From: Pelagibacteraceae bacterium AG-325-E08
Lineage (GTDB): Bacteria; Pseudomonadota; Alphaproteobacteria; Pelagibacterales; Pelagibacteraceae
Assembly (NCBI GenBank): GCA_003282985.1
Contig: QBYE01000003.1
Location: forward strand, 1,236 to 65,235
Reading direction: 5' to 3'
DNA: 64,000 nucleotides
The translations under genes were made by a program, and so were the position numbers. The notes below the pieces were generated by a model. The model was not told where the DNA came from. It saw only the letters and a program-made list of their open reading frames with translations, and ran no database searches. Below are positions 30,432 through 42,297 of the stretch, in pieces; the stretch's first letter is position 1; each line of letters starts with the position of its first letter.

Positions 30432-31665
30432 TGTTTATTGTTTTATCAAGCTCATTTAAGGTTTTTTTAAGAATTTTTTCTCCAAGATATTTCATTTTTC
30501 TCACATTTTTCATATTTTTTTTAAAAACTATAAAATTTGAACATTCAGAAGGGGTTTTTACTTTTTTAGATATTTTTAAATCATTTAAATATCTATAAAC
30601 TTCCCTGAAGTTATCTACATTAGGTCCATGAAGTATTTTTGCACCAAAACGTGCGGGCTCTAAAGGGTTATGCCCACCTATATTAACTATAGATCCACCT
30701 AAAAGCACTGAGGTTGATATTTTGTAAAATTTTTTAGACTCACCAAAAGTATCAACAATATAAATATCTATATCCTTCAGTTTTTTATTTTTTGAACTGT
30801 GAGTTATGACATTAAGATCCAATGATTTTATTTCATTAATTATTTGATCTACTCTATTTATATGTCTTGGAATTATAATTGTGATTAAGTTTTTTTTCTT
30901 CTTTTTTAAAATTTTATGAACTTTTGCTGTAAACAATTCTTCTTTATCATGGGTACTCGCCGCAATAAACGTTTCATGATTTTTGAATTGTGAAAACAAT
31001 TTTTTATCAGTAGGATTATATTTTGATTTATCATTTTCAATAAACTTTAAATTTCCAATAAATTTAATTTTTTTTACCTCCAATTTTTTAAGATATTTTT
31101 TTGTTTCTAAATTTTGTGGATAAGCGTAATCAATCAAATTAAAAATTGATCTTGAAAAATTTTTTAATTGATGCCATCGAAGAAAAGTTTTCTTGGTAAT
31201 TCTGGCATTTAACAGAACTAAAGGAATATTTCTGTTTTTAATTGATTTAAACATACTTGGCCAGATCTCTGACTCTATAAAAATAGCGATATTAGGTCTC
31301 CAATAATTTAAAAAATTATTTGAAAAAAAAAAATGATCTATCGGGTAAAATTGATGAATAGTTTTTTTAAATTTAATTTTCTCTAAAACTTTTGCTGAAC
31401 TTAAAGTGCTAGAAGTAATTAAAATCTTATTTATAGATTTGCTGTTTTCATATTTTTTAATTAATGGAATAAAACTCATTATTTCACCTACACTAGATCC
31501 GTGAAACCAAATAAGTTTACCCTCACCTCTTCTTTTTGATGGAAAACAAAATTTTTCTTTTACTCTCTGTCTATTTTCTTTTTTTTTTATAATCCTTAAA
31601 ATTATAATAAAAGGCGAAAAAATTAATAAAATTGAAATAATAAATTGATAAATAAAAAAAATCAT
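30418..31665 (-). CDS. waaA: 3-deoxy-D-manno-octulosonic acid transferase
   Basis: WFHGSSVGE, ESEIWP, NAR, GNLK, ASTH, PRH, GGHNPLEP. Confidence 0.93.
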   Translation of the reverse strand: MIFFIYQFIISILLIFSPFIIILRIIKKKENRQRVKEKFCFPSKRRGEGKLIWFHGSSVGEIMSFIPLIKKYENSKSINKILITSSTLSSAKVLEKIKFKKTIHQFYPIDHFFFSNNFLNYWRPNIAIFIESEIWPSMFKSIKNRNIPLVLLNARITKKTFLRWHQLKNFSRSIFNLIDYAYPQNLETKKYLKKLEVKKIKFIGNLKFIENDKSKYNPTDKKLFSQFKNHETFIAASTHDKEELFTAKVHKILKKKKKNLITIIIPRHINRVDQIINEIKSLDLNVITHSSKNKKLKDIDIYIVDTFGESKKFYKISTSVLLGGSIVNIGGHNPLEPARFGAKILHGPNVDNFREVYRYLNDLKISKKVKTPSECSNFIVFKKNMKNVRKMKYLGEKILKKTLNELDKTINNEIK

Positions 31666-33401
31666 TATCTCTGAATTTGTTTATCATGAAAATTCTTATA
31701 AATTTTTGATTTAACTAATAATTCTTCATGTTTACCATTATCAATCACCTCACCAGAGTCTATAACATAAATATTATTTGAATTTAAAATCGTAGAGAGT
31801 CTATGAGCAATTACTATTGTAGTTTTATTATTTGTTAAAATCTTTAAAGCATCCTGAATTTTAGTCTCAGTTTCTGAGTCCAAAGATGAAGTTGCTTCAT
31901 CCAGAAGAATAATAGAACTTTTTTTAAGCATTGCCCTAGCGATAGAGATTCTTTGTTTTTCCCCACCTGATAATCTTACTCCATCTTCACCAATTAAAGT
32001 TTCATATCTATTAGGGAGTTTATTAATAAATTCATCACAATGAGATAGTTTTACAGCATCAAAAACCTCTTGATCAGTTGCATCTAAGTTTGCGTATCTA
32101 ATATTATTTTTGATAGTATCATCAAATAATGTTGTTTCTTGGCTCACCAATGAAATACTATTTCTGAGTGAATGGATCGTGACATCATAAATTGATTGAT
32201 CATCTATAGTAATATCTCCACTTATGCTGTCATAAAATCGAGGAATTAAGTTTAATATTGTTGATTTACCTGATCCACTATGTCCAACCAATGAGGTCAT
32301 TTTACCTCCATCAAAATTTAAATCTATCTTTTTTAATACGTCTCCATCAGATTTTTTATAGCTAAAGAGAACATCTTTAAATTTAATATTAGCATTCTTA
32401 ATATTAATTTGCTTTGCGTTTTCTGAGTCCTTTATTAAATTTTTAGTATCTATAACTGGTAAAATTCTGCCTGCTGCAGCAAGTCCTTGATTAACAATAA
32501 TATTTAAAGTCGATAAAGATCTTACAGGTTGATAAGCAAGCATCATGGCTGCAAGAAAGGAGAAGAAGTTATTCACACTAAGTTCATCATTTGCTATTAA
32601 CTTTCCAGAATAAAAGATTAATATTGCAATCATTATACCAGTAAGAACCTCCATAATCGGTGAAATCCTTACTATTACAATACCAATCTTTATACTTTTT
32701 TCTTTTAATTGATTTAAATAATCATTGGCTCTAATTGTTTCATATTTTTCTTTTTGAAAAATTTTTGTTAGTTTATGGTTTTTAAATAATTCAACTAAAT
32801 ATCTTGTTAAAAAAGCAGATTTTTCTTGAGCTTCTGTTGTAACTTTACCCATTCTTTTACCCAAACTTCTTGCTGCGATACTTGCTATTGGTATTAAGAC
32901 TATTGCTATTAAAGAAAGTTTCCAATTTTGTAAAAACATTACTGTAAGTAAACCAATTAACGTTAAGCTGTCTTTAAAAAGGTTTAATATACCATTGCTT
33001 AACAAATTGGTTATATGAAGAACATCGTAAGTAAGGTTTGAAATAAATTTACCTGAGTGTTTTTCATCAATTGATTGAGTGTCTGCACTGATTAGAGTGC
33101 CGAGCATATCATATTGAAGTTTTTTTTTAATATTTTCAGCTACATTAATCATAATAACTTTTGCAATATAAAGGGAAACACCTTTTACAGTAAAAGCAAT
33201 AATTATCATTCCAGGTATTATTAATAAAAGAGATTGATCTTTTTCTATAAATATTTTTTCTATTGCAGGATCCAGAAGCCAAGCAATAGAAGATGTACTT
33301 CCTGCTACCAATAAAGAAAAAAATATAGCTAAAAAAATTTGTTTTATATATTTTTTTGTATAGTCTTGATAAACTCTTTTAAATATTTTTACTTTGTTCA
33401 T
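31665..33401 (-). CDS. msbA: Lipid A export ABC transporter MsbA-like
   Basis: TM domain plus GHSGSGKST, LSGGEKQR, LDEATS, IAHRLST; within the lipid A cluster. Confidence 0.85.
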   Translation of the reverse strand: MNKVKIFKRVYQDYTKKYIKQIFLAIFFSLLVAGSTSSIAWLLDPAIEKIFIEKDQSLLLIIPGMIIIAFTVKGVSLYIAKVIMINVAENIKKKLQYDMLGTLISADTQSIDEKHSGKFISNLTYDVLHITNLLSNGILNLFKDSLTLIGLLTVMFLQNWKLSLIAIVLIPIASIAARSLGKRMGKVTTEAQEKSAFLTRYLVELFKNHKLTKIFQKEKYETIRANDYLNQLKEKSIKIGIVIVRISPIMEVLTGIMIAILIFYSGKLIANDELSVNNFFSFLAAMMLAYQPVRSLSTLNIIVNQGLAAAGRILPVIDTKNLIKDSENAKQINIKNANIKFKDVLFSYKKSDGDVLKKIDLNFDGGKMTSLVGHSGSGKSTILNLIPRFYDSISGDITIDDQSIYDVTIHSLRNSISLVSQETTLFDDTIKNNIRYANLDATDQEVFDAVKLSHCDEFINKLPNRYETLIGEDGVRLSGGEKQRISIARAMLKKSSIILLDEATSSLDSETETKIQDALKILTNNKTTIVIAHRLSTILNSNNIYVIDSGEVIDNGKHEELLVKSKIYKNFHDKQIQR

Positions 33402-34267
33402 AATAGATTTTTACCTAAGATAATATTAATTAATATTATGAAACCAAGATAGTTATTACTCTTGAAAATTTTTAAACATGTATTAGGGTTACTTGGATTA
33501 AATATTCTTATTTGGTAAAAAAACAGATGTGATACTGGCAAAATTAAAAAAAGATAATAATACAAATTAAAACTCATTGTATATCCTCCTATTAACAGTG
33601 AAATTATTAAAATTAAATAAGTTATCATTAAGAAATACTTGGCCGTCCCTTTAAATTTTATTGAAGTTGATTTTAATCCTATAATTTCATCATCTTGTAT
33701 ATCTTGATATCCATAAATAGTGTCGTAACCTAGTGTCCAAAATATGGCTCCCAAATAAAAAATTATTGGAATCATATCTAGTTGACCTGAAATTGATGTC
33801 CAGCCTAATATTAATCCATAATTAAATGTGATACCTAAGAATAATTGTGGCCAATAAGTATATCTTTTCATTAACGGATAGGTAAAAGCTAAAGGCATTG
33901 ATCCTAATGCCATTATAATTGTAAAATAATTAAAATTTATTAAAATTAAAAAAGCAAAAAAACATAAAGTGATCGCATAAAAAATTCCTAAATGAATAGA
34001 AATTTTTCCTGATGCAATAGGTCTATTTTTTGTTCTAGAAACTTTTTTATCGAATTTTCTGTCCAAAATATCATTAATTATACAACCCGCAGATCTCATT
34101 AAGATAGCTCCAAGAAAAAAAAGAATTAAATAAAAAAAATATTTGTCTAGACTTTCAGAAAAATTATAAACTAGTGTTAGACCCCATGCACATGGCCAAA
34201 AAAGTAACATATAACCTATTGGCTTTTTTAACCTTGTTAGTTCAACAAATAAGTTTAATTGGTTCAT
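33398..34267 (-). CDS. ubiA: 4-hydroxybenzoate polyprenyltransferase
   Basis: RSAGC.IND..DR.FD..V.RT..RP.ASG, YP.MKR, YDTIY..QD..DD. Confidence 0.95.
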   Translation of the reverse strand: MNQLNLFVELTRLKKPIGYMLLFWPCAWGLTLVYNFSESLDKYFFYLILFFLGAILMRSAGCIINDILDRKFDKKVSRTKNRPIASGKISIHLGIFYAITLCFFAFLILINFNYFTIIMALGSMPLAFTYPLMKRYTYWPQLFLGITFNYGLILGWTSISGQLDMIPIIFYLGAIFWTLGYDTIYGYQDIQDDEIIGLKSTSIKFKGTAKYFLMITYLILIISLLIGGYTMSFNLYYYLFLILPVSHLFFYQIRIFNPSNPNTCLKIFKSNNYLGFIILINIILGKNLL

Positions 34268-34318
34268 AAATTTTACTTGTAAATAACAAAGGCAGGATTG
34301 ATAATCAAATTGATTCGT

Positions 34319-34723
34319 ATGAATATAGATTACACTGTTACAGCGTTAATGTTTCCAGCCATTCCCTTATTGATGGGTGTCTATAGTAACCGATTTCACT
34401 CACTAAGTATCTTAATTAGGCAGCTGCATGACGAACATGTTTATGAAAAACACATTCCAGCAGAATGGAAAAAACAATTTATTAACTTAAGTACAAGAAT
34501 CACTCTTTTAAGATGGACGATCTTATTCGCTGCTTTTGGCTTTCTGTTTAATATGCTTACAGTATTTGCTCTTTACTTAGCTGAGATTTTTATGGCAAGA
34601 GTAATTTTTGGATCATGTTGTTTGTCTATGATTATTTCAATTATTTTTTTTATTCGAGAAATCCATATTTCTACGAATGCTCTTAAGCTACATATGTCTG
34701 ATATGGATGTTAATGTTGATTAA
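34319..34723 (+). CDS. DUF2721-family membrane protein
   Basis: AL.FPAIPLL...Y.NRF, IR.LH, F.REI.IS..AL pattern; ATG 34319 preferred over TTG 34298. Confidence 0.7.
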   Translation: MNIDYTVTALMFPAIPLLMGVYSNRFHSLSILIRQLHDEHVYEKHIPAEWKKQFINLSTRITLLRWTILFAAFGFLFNMLTVFALYLAEIFMARVIFGSCCLSMIISIIFFIREIHISTNALKLHMSDMDVNVD

Positions 34724-35691
34724 GGAATTATTACAGCGGGTCCAGTCAATAATCTAGCTTCTAGATCTTTATGAGCTTGAGCAGCATCTTCAAGAGAATA
34801 TTTTTTTGAAATTTCAACACTGAATTTTTTTGATAAAATGGCATTAAAAACTTGTTTTGCCGACTCAACAAGTTCTTCTCTTCTAACCGTGTAATGTGCA
34901 ATTGACGGTCTGGTAAAAAATAAACCTTTAGCGTTAATATCTTTTTTAATATCAAGAGTGTCTACATATCCAGATGCATTTCCAAAGGCTACCATCATCC
35001 CTCTTATCCTTAATGTCTCGATTGAACCTTTGAAAGTTTTAATACCAACACCATCGTAGACAACATCAATATGATTTTTTCCAACAATTTTTTCTACTTC
35101 TTCAACAAAATCTTTTTCTGAATAATTAATTACATGATGACAACCATTTTTTTTAGCAACCTCCTCTTTTGCTTTAGATCCAACAGTTCCAATAACTTCA
35201 GCACCTAAAGCATTGGCCCATGGACATAAAATTTGACCTAGAGCACCCGCTGCAGCATGGTACAAAACTTTATCACCTTTTTTTAAAGGATAGGCTCTGT
35301 GTAATAAGTACTCCGCAGTAATTCCTTTTAAAGTAATGCATGATGCTACTTCATCTGAAATACCATCAGGTACAGAAACTAATTTTTCTTCAGGCATAAC
35401 TTGTTTTTCTGAGTAAGCACCAATAGGCATCGATGCATGTGTAACTCTATCACCCACTTTAAATAAACTTACTTCTGAACCAATCTCTTCAATTTGTCCA
35501 CAAGCTTCAAGACCAATACCACTAGGAAGTGGAATAGGGTAAAGTCCAGTTCGATGATAGATATCAATGAAGTTTAATCCAATAGAATTATTTTTTATTA
35601 AAACTTCTTTTGGACCGGGTTTTCCAACCTCTATATCTTGAATTTTAAGAACTTCAGGTCCACCAAATTTTTCTATTTTTATCGATTTCAT
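34720..35691 (-). CDS. qor: NADPH:quinone oxidoreductase (zeta-crystallin family)
   Basis: GGPEVL, IGLNFIDIYHRTGLYP, HAAAG, VYDGVG, FGNASG, TRPS. Confidence 0.88.
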   Translation of the reverse strand: MKSIKIEKFGGPEVLKIQDIEVGKPGPKEVLIKNNSIGLNFIDIYHRTGLYPIPLPSGIGLEACGQIEEIGSEVSLFKVGDRVTHASMPIGAYSEKQVMPEEKLVSVPDGISDEVASCITLKGITAEYLLHRAYPLKKGDKVLYHAAAGALGQILCPWANALGAEVIGTVGSKAKEEVAKKNGCHHVINYSEKDFVEEVEKIVGKNHIDVVYDGVGIKTFKGSIETLRIRGMMVAFGNASGYVDTLDIKKDINAKGLFFTRPSIAHYTVRREELVESAKQVFNAILSKKFSVEISKKYSLEDAAQAHKDLEARLLTGPAVIIP

Positions 35692-35694
35692 TAT

Positions 35695-36528
35695 TTATTT
35701 TACAAAGGTACCATTATGATAATCTTGAACAGCTTGCAAGATTTCAGCTTTGGTATTCATTACAAATGGGCCACCTCTAGCAATTTCTTCATTAATAGGT
35801 TTTCCTGAAATAACTAAGAATTTTGCACTAGTTTGTGCTGTAATTTTTAAAGCCTCACCTTTTGACAGTAAAATTAAGGTACTATCTTTTACTTTATCAT
35901 GTTTTTTTTCACCAATTTTTATCTCACCATTAATTAAGTAGATAAATGTATTATGAGTAGAGGGTAGACGGTAATTAAATTCTTTTTTTTTTTTCAACTC
36001 AACATCAAAATAAGTAGGATCAATATTATGTTCTTTAACAGGACCTTCAGCTTTTTCAAATTTACCAGCGATAACTTTTACCTGCTTATCATCATCTTTA
36101 TGAACACTCATTTTATCTGAATCAATATAAATATATTCTGGTTTACTCATTTTTAATTTAGCTGGCATATTTATCCATAATTGAAATCCATGAAGTTTAC
36201 CTTCTTTCATCGCAGGCATTTCAGAGTGAATTATTCCACTTCCAGTTTTCATCCACTGCACATCACCAGCAGTCATTCTTCCCTCGCCCCCAGTACTGTC
36301 TTTATGTTCAAAGTCACCTGCAAGCATATAAGTAACTGTTTCAATACCTCTATGTGGATGGGGTGGGAAGCCTGCAATATAATCTTCACTATTTTCAGAA
36401 CCAAATTCGTCTAACATTAAAAAAGGATCAAAATAATTAGGTTCAACACCAATACTTCTTTTTAACTTAACTCCCGCTCCGTCAGATGCTGGAATTGGCT
36501 CTATAATTTTATCTACTTCAATTGTCAT
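35695..36528 (-). CDS. Pirin-family protein
   Basis: DPFLMLD, HPHRGIETVTY, VQWM.TGSGIIHSE, FQLWIN, GPFVMN. Confidence 0.93.
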   Translation of the reverse strand: MTIEVDKIIEPIPASDGAGVKLKRSIGVEPNYFDPFLMLDEFGSENSEDYIAGFPPHPHRGIETVTYMLAGDFEHKDSTGGEGRMTAGDVQWMKTGSGIIHSEMPAMKEGKLHGFQLWINMPAKLKMSKPEYIYIDSDKMSVHKDDDKQVKVIAGKFEKAEGPVKEHNIDPTYFDVELKKKKEFNYRLPSTHNTFIYLINGEIKIGEKKHDKVKDSTLILLSKGEALKITAQTSAKFLVISGKPINEEIARGGPFVMNTKAEILQAVQDYHNGTFVK

Positions 36529-36566
36529 ATTTTGTCAGAGTAATTGTTAAATCTGAATTTTCAATG

Positions 36567-36806
36567 TTACTTTTTGTTATGCGAACCATCACAAAAGGGT
36601 TGATTGTTAGTCTGTTTGCAAGCACAAAAAAACATTTTTTTGGTTAATTCAGCTTTATATACCAAAGGATTAAATTCAGTTCCTTTGTGTGAGCCGTCAC
36701 AGAACGGCTGTTTAGAGCTCTTACCACAACTGCACCAATAATAAGACTTTCCTTGCTCAACGTCTATTGCAATTGCTCCTTCTCCCGCTCTTTGTCCTTT
36801 AATCAT
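36567..36806 (-). CDS. CDGSH iron-sulfur protein with two CDGSH motifs (CISD3/MiNT type)
   Basis: WCSCGKS..QPFCDGSH and FCACKQT..QPFCDGSH. Confidence 0.93.
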   Translation of the reverse strand: MIKGQRAGEGAIAIDVEQGKSYYWCSCGKSSKQPFCDGSHKGTEFNPLVYKAELTKKMFFCACKQTNNQPFCDGSHNKK

Positions 36807-36814
36807 GTTTCCCC

Positions 36815-37477
36815 TTAAATTAATTTTGTTAGTTCACTTAAATTTTTAATTTCATTTTGAGGCTTATAGTCCAAATTGTCAAAAATACTATTATTCCTAT
36901 TTACCCAAATCGAGTTAAAGCCATAATTCCCCCCACCTGAGACATCCCATGTATTTGCACTCAAAAAAGCAACTTCATTTTTTTCAATTTTATATTTTTT
37001 AATAGGTAAGTCGTAAACTTTTGAGTCTGGCTTATAAATTCCTACTTCCTCTATAGAAAATAAATCATCAAATAAATCATCTAAATCATTACTCTTAACC
37101 AACTCATTTAAGAGAGATGGAGTCCCGTTTGAAAGTATAGATAATTTAAAATTTTTTTCTTTCAATATTTTTAGAGTTTCTGGAACTTCTTTAAAGGTAG
37201 AGAGAACTTTATATAAATTTAACAATTCATTTTTCATTGAAGTATCAATATTAAAAACTTTCATTGATTTATCTAAACTGTCTTCTGTAATTTGCCAAAA
37301 GTCTTTGTGTCTTTTCATTAAGCTTCTTAACCAAGTATATTCTAATTGAGTAGTTCTCCAATAATTTGCAAAACCTTCCCACTTATCTCCAATTTTATCC
37401 TTACATTTCTCAGCAGCTGAATTGACATCAAACAATGTCCCGTAGGCATCAAAAATTATTGCTTTAATATTTTTCAT
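36815..37477 (-). CDS. (S)-2-haloacid dehalogenase, HAD type II
   Basis: FDAYGTLFD, WR..QLEYTW, LSNG, YKPD..VY, SANTWD. Confidence 0.88.
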   Translation of the reverse strand: MKNIKAIIFDAYGTLFDVNSAAEKCKDKIGDKWEGFANYWRTTQLEYTWLRSLMKRHKDFWQITEDSLDKSMKVFNIDTSMKNELLNLYKVLSTFKEVPETLKILKEKNFKLSILSNGTPSLLNELVKSNDLDDLFDDLFSIEEVGIYKPDSKVYDLPIKKYKIEKNEVAFLSANTWDVSGGGNYGFNSIWVNRNNSIFDNLDYKPQNEIKNLSELTKLI

Positions 37478-37494
37478 AAACTAACTTAACATAA

Positions 37495-38196
37495 ATGAGC
37501 ATTATTAGATTATTTTTTTCAGCGACATTATCTGCTGACATGATTGACAAATTAGATAAGTCTCAATCTCATTATTTAATTAAAGTGATGAGAATAAAAG
37601 AAAATGAGGTTTTTTCTTTATTTAATAAAGATGGAGAATGGGAAGCAAAAGTTTTAGAAATATCAAAAAATATTGTTGAATTTAAAACAACTAAACAATT
37701 AAGACAAAAAGAAAATTTTAAAGAATTATGGTTAGCTTTTTCTCCTATTAAATCAAATTTTCAAAATTTTATGATTCAAAAAGCAACAGAGTTAGGTGTT
37801 ACAAGATTTTTACCAATTATTTTTGATCGGACAGTGGTTAGAAAAATAAATAAAGAACGCTTAGAAAAAATTGTAATTGAAGCAAGTGAACAATCAAACC
37901 GTATTAATGTGCCCATAATTGAAGAGTCTCAAAACTTAAATAATTTTTTAAAAACTTTTTCTATAGATTTAATTTTTACAGATTTAAATTCGAATAATAA
38001 TAAAATTGATAAATCTAAGCTTACAGATAAACCAGTTTGCATTATTGTAGGTCCAGAGGGTGATTTTTCAGAAGCTGAAAGAGAGAAGATTCTTTCATTT
38101 AAAGGTGTTCAGCCAATAAAGATTAATGAAAATATTTTAAGGTCAGAAACAGCAGTCATATCTGCAATTTCGATCATAAATTATATGATTAATTGA
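37495..38196 (+). CDS. rsmE: 16S rRNA m3U1498 methyltransferase
   Basis: HYL.KVMR, QKATELGV, EASEQS.R, VGPEGDFS, ILRSETA. Confidence 0.94.
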   Translation: MSIIRLFFSATLSADMIDKLDKSQSHYLIKVMRIKENEVFSLFNKDGEWEAKVLEISKNIVEFKTTKQLRQKENFKELWLAFSPIKSNFQNFMIQKATELGVTRFLPIIFDRTVVRKINKERLEKIVIEASEQSNRINVPIIEESQNLNNFLKTFSIDLIFTDLNSNNNKIDKSKLTDKPVCIIVGPEGDFSEAEREKILSFKGVQPIKINENILRSETAVISAISIINYMIN

Positions 38197-38207
38197 TAAA
38201 TTGTCGC
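38193..38207 (+). promoter_or_regulatory. Possible RegA/PrrA-type binding site upstream of the cox operon
   Basis: TTGATAAATTGTCGC: one GTCGC half-site and an AT spacer; the other half is degenerate. Confidence 0.3.
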
Positions 38208-38255
38208 GAAAACTAAAGTGTAATTTCTATAAAAGAGCTTTATATAGCTAGGTAA

Positions 38256-40705
<2,450 letters not shown>

Positions 40706-40725
40706 TAGTATAGCTAAGAAAATTA

Positions 40726-41637
40726 ATGAATAATTCAAAGGCTAAAAAAAGAAATTTAAGTCAGGAAGATTTATTTAATCTTTCTGAATTATTTAAATTA
40801 ATGAAGCCAAGAGTAATGTCATTGGTAATTTTTACTTGTGCTGTTGGCTTATTAACTTCACCAAATCTTGTTTCAACTAAAGATGCAATAATTGGTATTT
40901 TATTAGTTTCCTTAGGAGCAGGAGCAGCTGGAGCATTGAACATGTGGTATGAGTCAGACCTAGATGCTTTAATGTCAAGAACTTGTCTAAGACCAATACC
41001 GACTGGTAAGGTTAATAGAAACCAAGCGCTTATTTTAGGTGTTACTTTATCTATAATTTCTGTTGTAGCCCTAGATTATTTTACGAACAGAATCTCAGCG
41101 GGAATATTACTTTTAACAATTTTATTTTATGTTTTCGTTTATACAATTTGGTTAAAAAGAAGAACACCTCAAAATATTGTAATAGGTGGAGCAGCTGGAG
41201 CCTTCCCACCAGTTATTGGATGGACTATTGCAACAGGTTCTTTGTCAATTGAACCATTAACTTTTTTCTTGATAATATTTTTTTGGACTCCATCTCATTT
41301 TTGGGCCTTAAGTTTATATAAATCTGATGATTATAAAAAAGCCAATATACCAATGCTTCCACTGACAAATGGGGTGGAAAGTACAAAAATTAATATTTTT
41401 ATTTATTCTTTGTTAATGCTCCCGGTAATTATTTTCCCTTATTTTATAGACTTTGTAGGATTAGCGTTCTTAATACCTTCAATATTATTAACTCTTTATT
41501 ATAATTTTTTATGTTATGAACTTTATAATTTTAAGAAAAACAAATTTAACCCTAAAAAAGCAAAAGCAATATTTGGATATTCTATTTTATATTTATTTTT
41601 GGTTTTTGTTCTTTTTCTGATAGATAAGATTATATGA
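40726..41637 (+). CDS. ctaB: Protoheme IX farnesyltransferase (heme O synthase)
   Basis: KPRV, D.LM.RT..RP.P.G, LKRRTPQNIVIGG, WTP.HFWAL. Confidence 0.95.
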   Translation: MNNSKAKKRNLSQEDLFNLSELFKLMKPRVMSLVIFTCAVGLLTSPNLVSTKDAIIGILLVSLGAGAAGALNMWYESDLDALMSRTCLRPIPTGKVNRNQALILGVTLSIISVVALDYFTNRISAGILLLTILFYVFVYTIWLKRRTPQNIVIGGAAGAFPPVIGWTIATGSLSIEPLTFFLIIFFWTPSHFWALSLYKSDDYKKANIPMLPLTNGVESTKINIFIYSLLMLPVIIFPYFIDFVGLAFLIPSILLTLYYNFLCYELYNFKKNKFNPKKAKAIFGYSILYLFLVFVLFLIDKII

Positions 41638-41759
41638 TAACTCCAGATAAAAAAACTAAAAGAAAAAATATTTTAACAGCTTTAGGAATTATTGCTTTTA
41701 TGATTTTTCTTTTCTTTTTTACATTGTATAACACTGGTGTATTTGATAGGGCGATATGA
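41634..41759 (+). CDS. Small single-TM protein in the cox operon (CoxF-like position), not in the ORF track
   Basis: 41 aa MITPDKKTKRKNILTALGIIAFMIFLFFFTLYNTGVFDRAI*; ATGA overlaps with both the ctaB stop and the ctaG start. Confidence 0.75.
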   Translation: MITPDKKTKRKNILTALGIIAFMIFLFFFTLYNTGVFDRAI

Positions 41760-42289
41760 TACAAAAAAAAAACTTAACACCTTTAATATTAGCAGGAATT
41801 TTTGTTTTAATGCTGGGATTATCTTATGCGGCAGTACCATTGTATGACTTATTTTGTAGAGTAACAGGATTTGGTGGAACTACCCAAGTATCTAACAGTG
41901 CTCCTAAAATTGTATTAAATAAAATTGTTAGTGTCAGATTTGATACTAATGTTAATAATTTACCTTGGGATTTTAAGGCTAAGTCCAATGTTATGGATGT
42001 GAAAGTTGGTCAGGTGAACAAAATAGAATTTGAAGTAGAAAATTATGGTAACGAGCCTACAGCAGGAGTAGCAACCTTTAATGTTTCACCGTCTAGTTTT
42101 GGAAAGTATTATAGTAAATTAGGCTGTTTTTGTTTTGAGAAACAAGAATTAAAAGCTGGAGAAAAAGCAACATACATAATGACTTTTTATTTAGATCCTG
42201 AAATGGTAAATGATCCAACAACAAAAAATTTACAAGACGTAACTATGTCATATACTTTTTTCTCGACAGATTACTATAAACAATCATAA
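41756..42289 (+). CDS. ctaG: Cytochrome c oxidase assembly protein CtaG/Cox11
   Basis: YAAVPLY.LFC.VTGFGGT, CFCF copper motif. Confidence 0.95.
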   Translation: MIQKKNLTPLILAGIFVLMLGLSYAAVPLYDLFCRVTGFGGTTQVSNSAPKIVLNKIVSVRFDTNVNNLPWDFKAKSNVMDVKVGQVNKIEFEVENYGNEPTAGVATFNVSPSSFGKYYSKLGCFCFEKQELKAGEKATYIMTFYLDPEMVNDPTTKNLQDVTMSYTFFSTDYYKQS

Positions 42290-42297
42290 TTCAAAAA

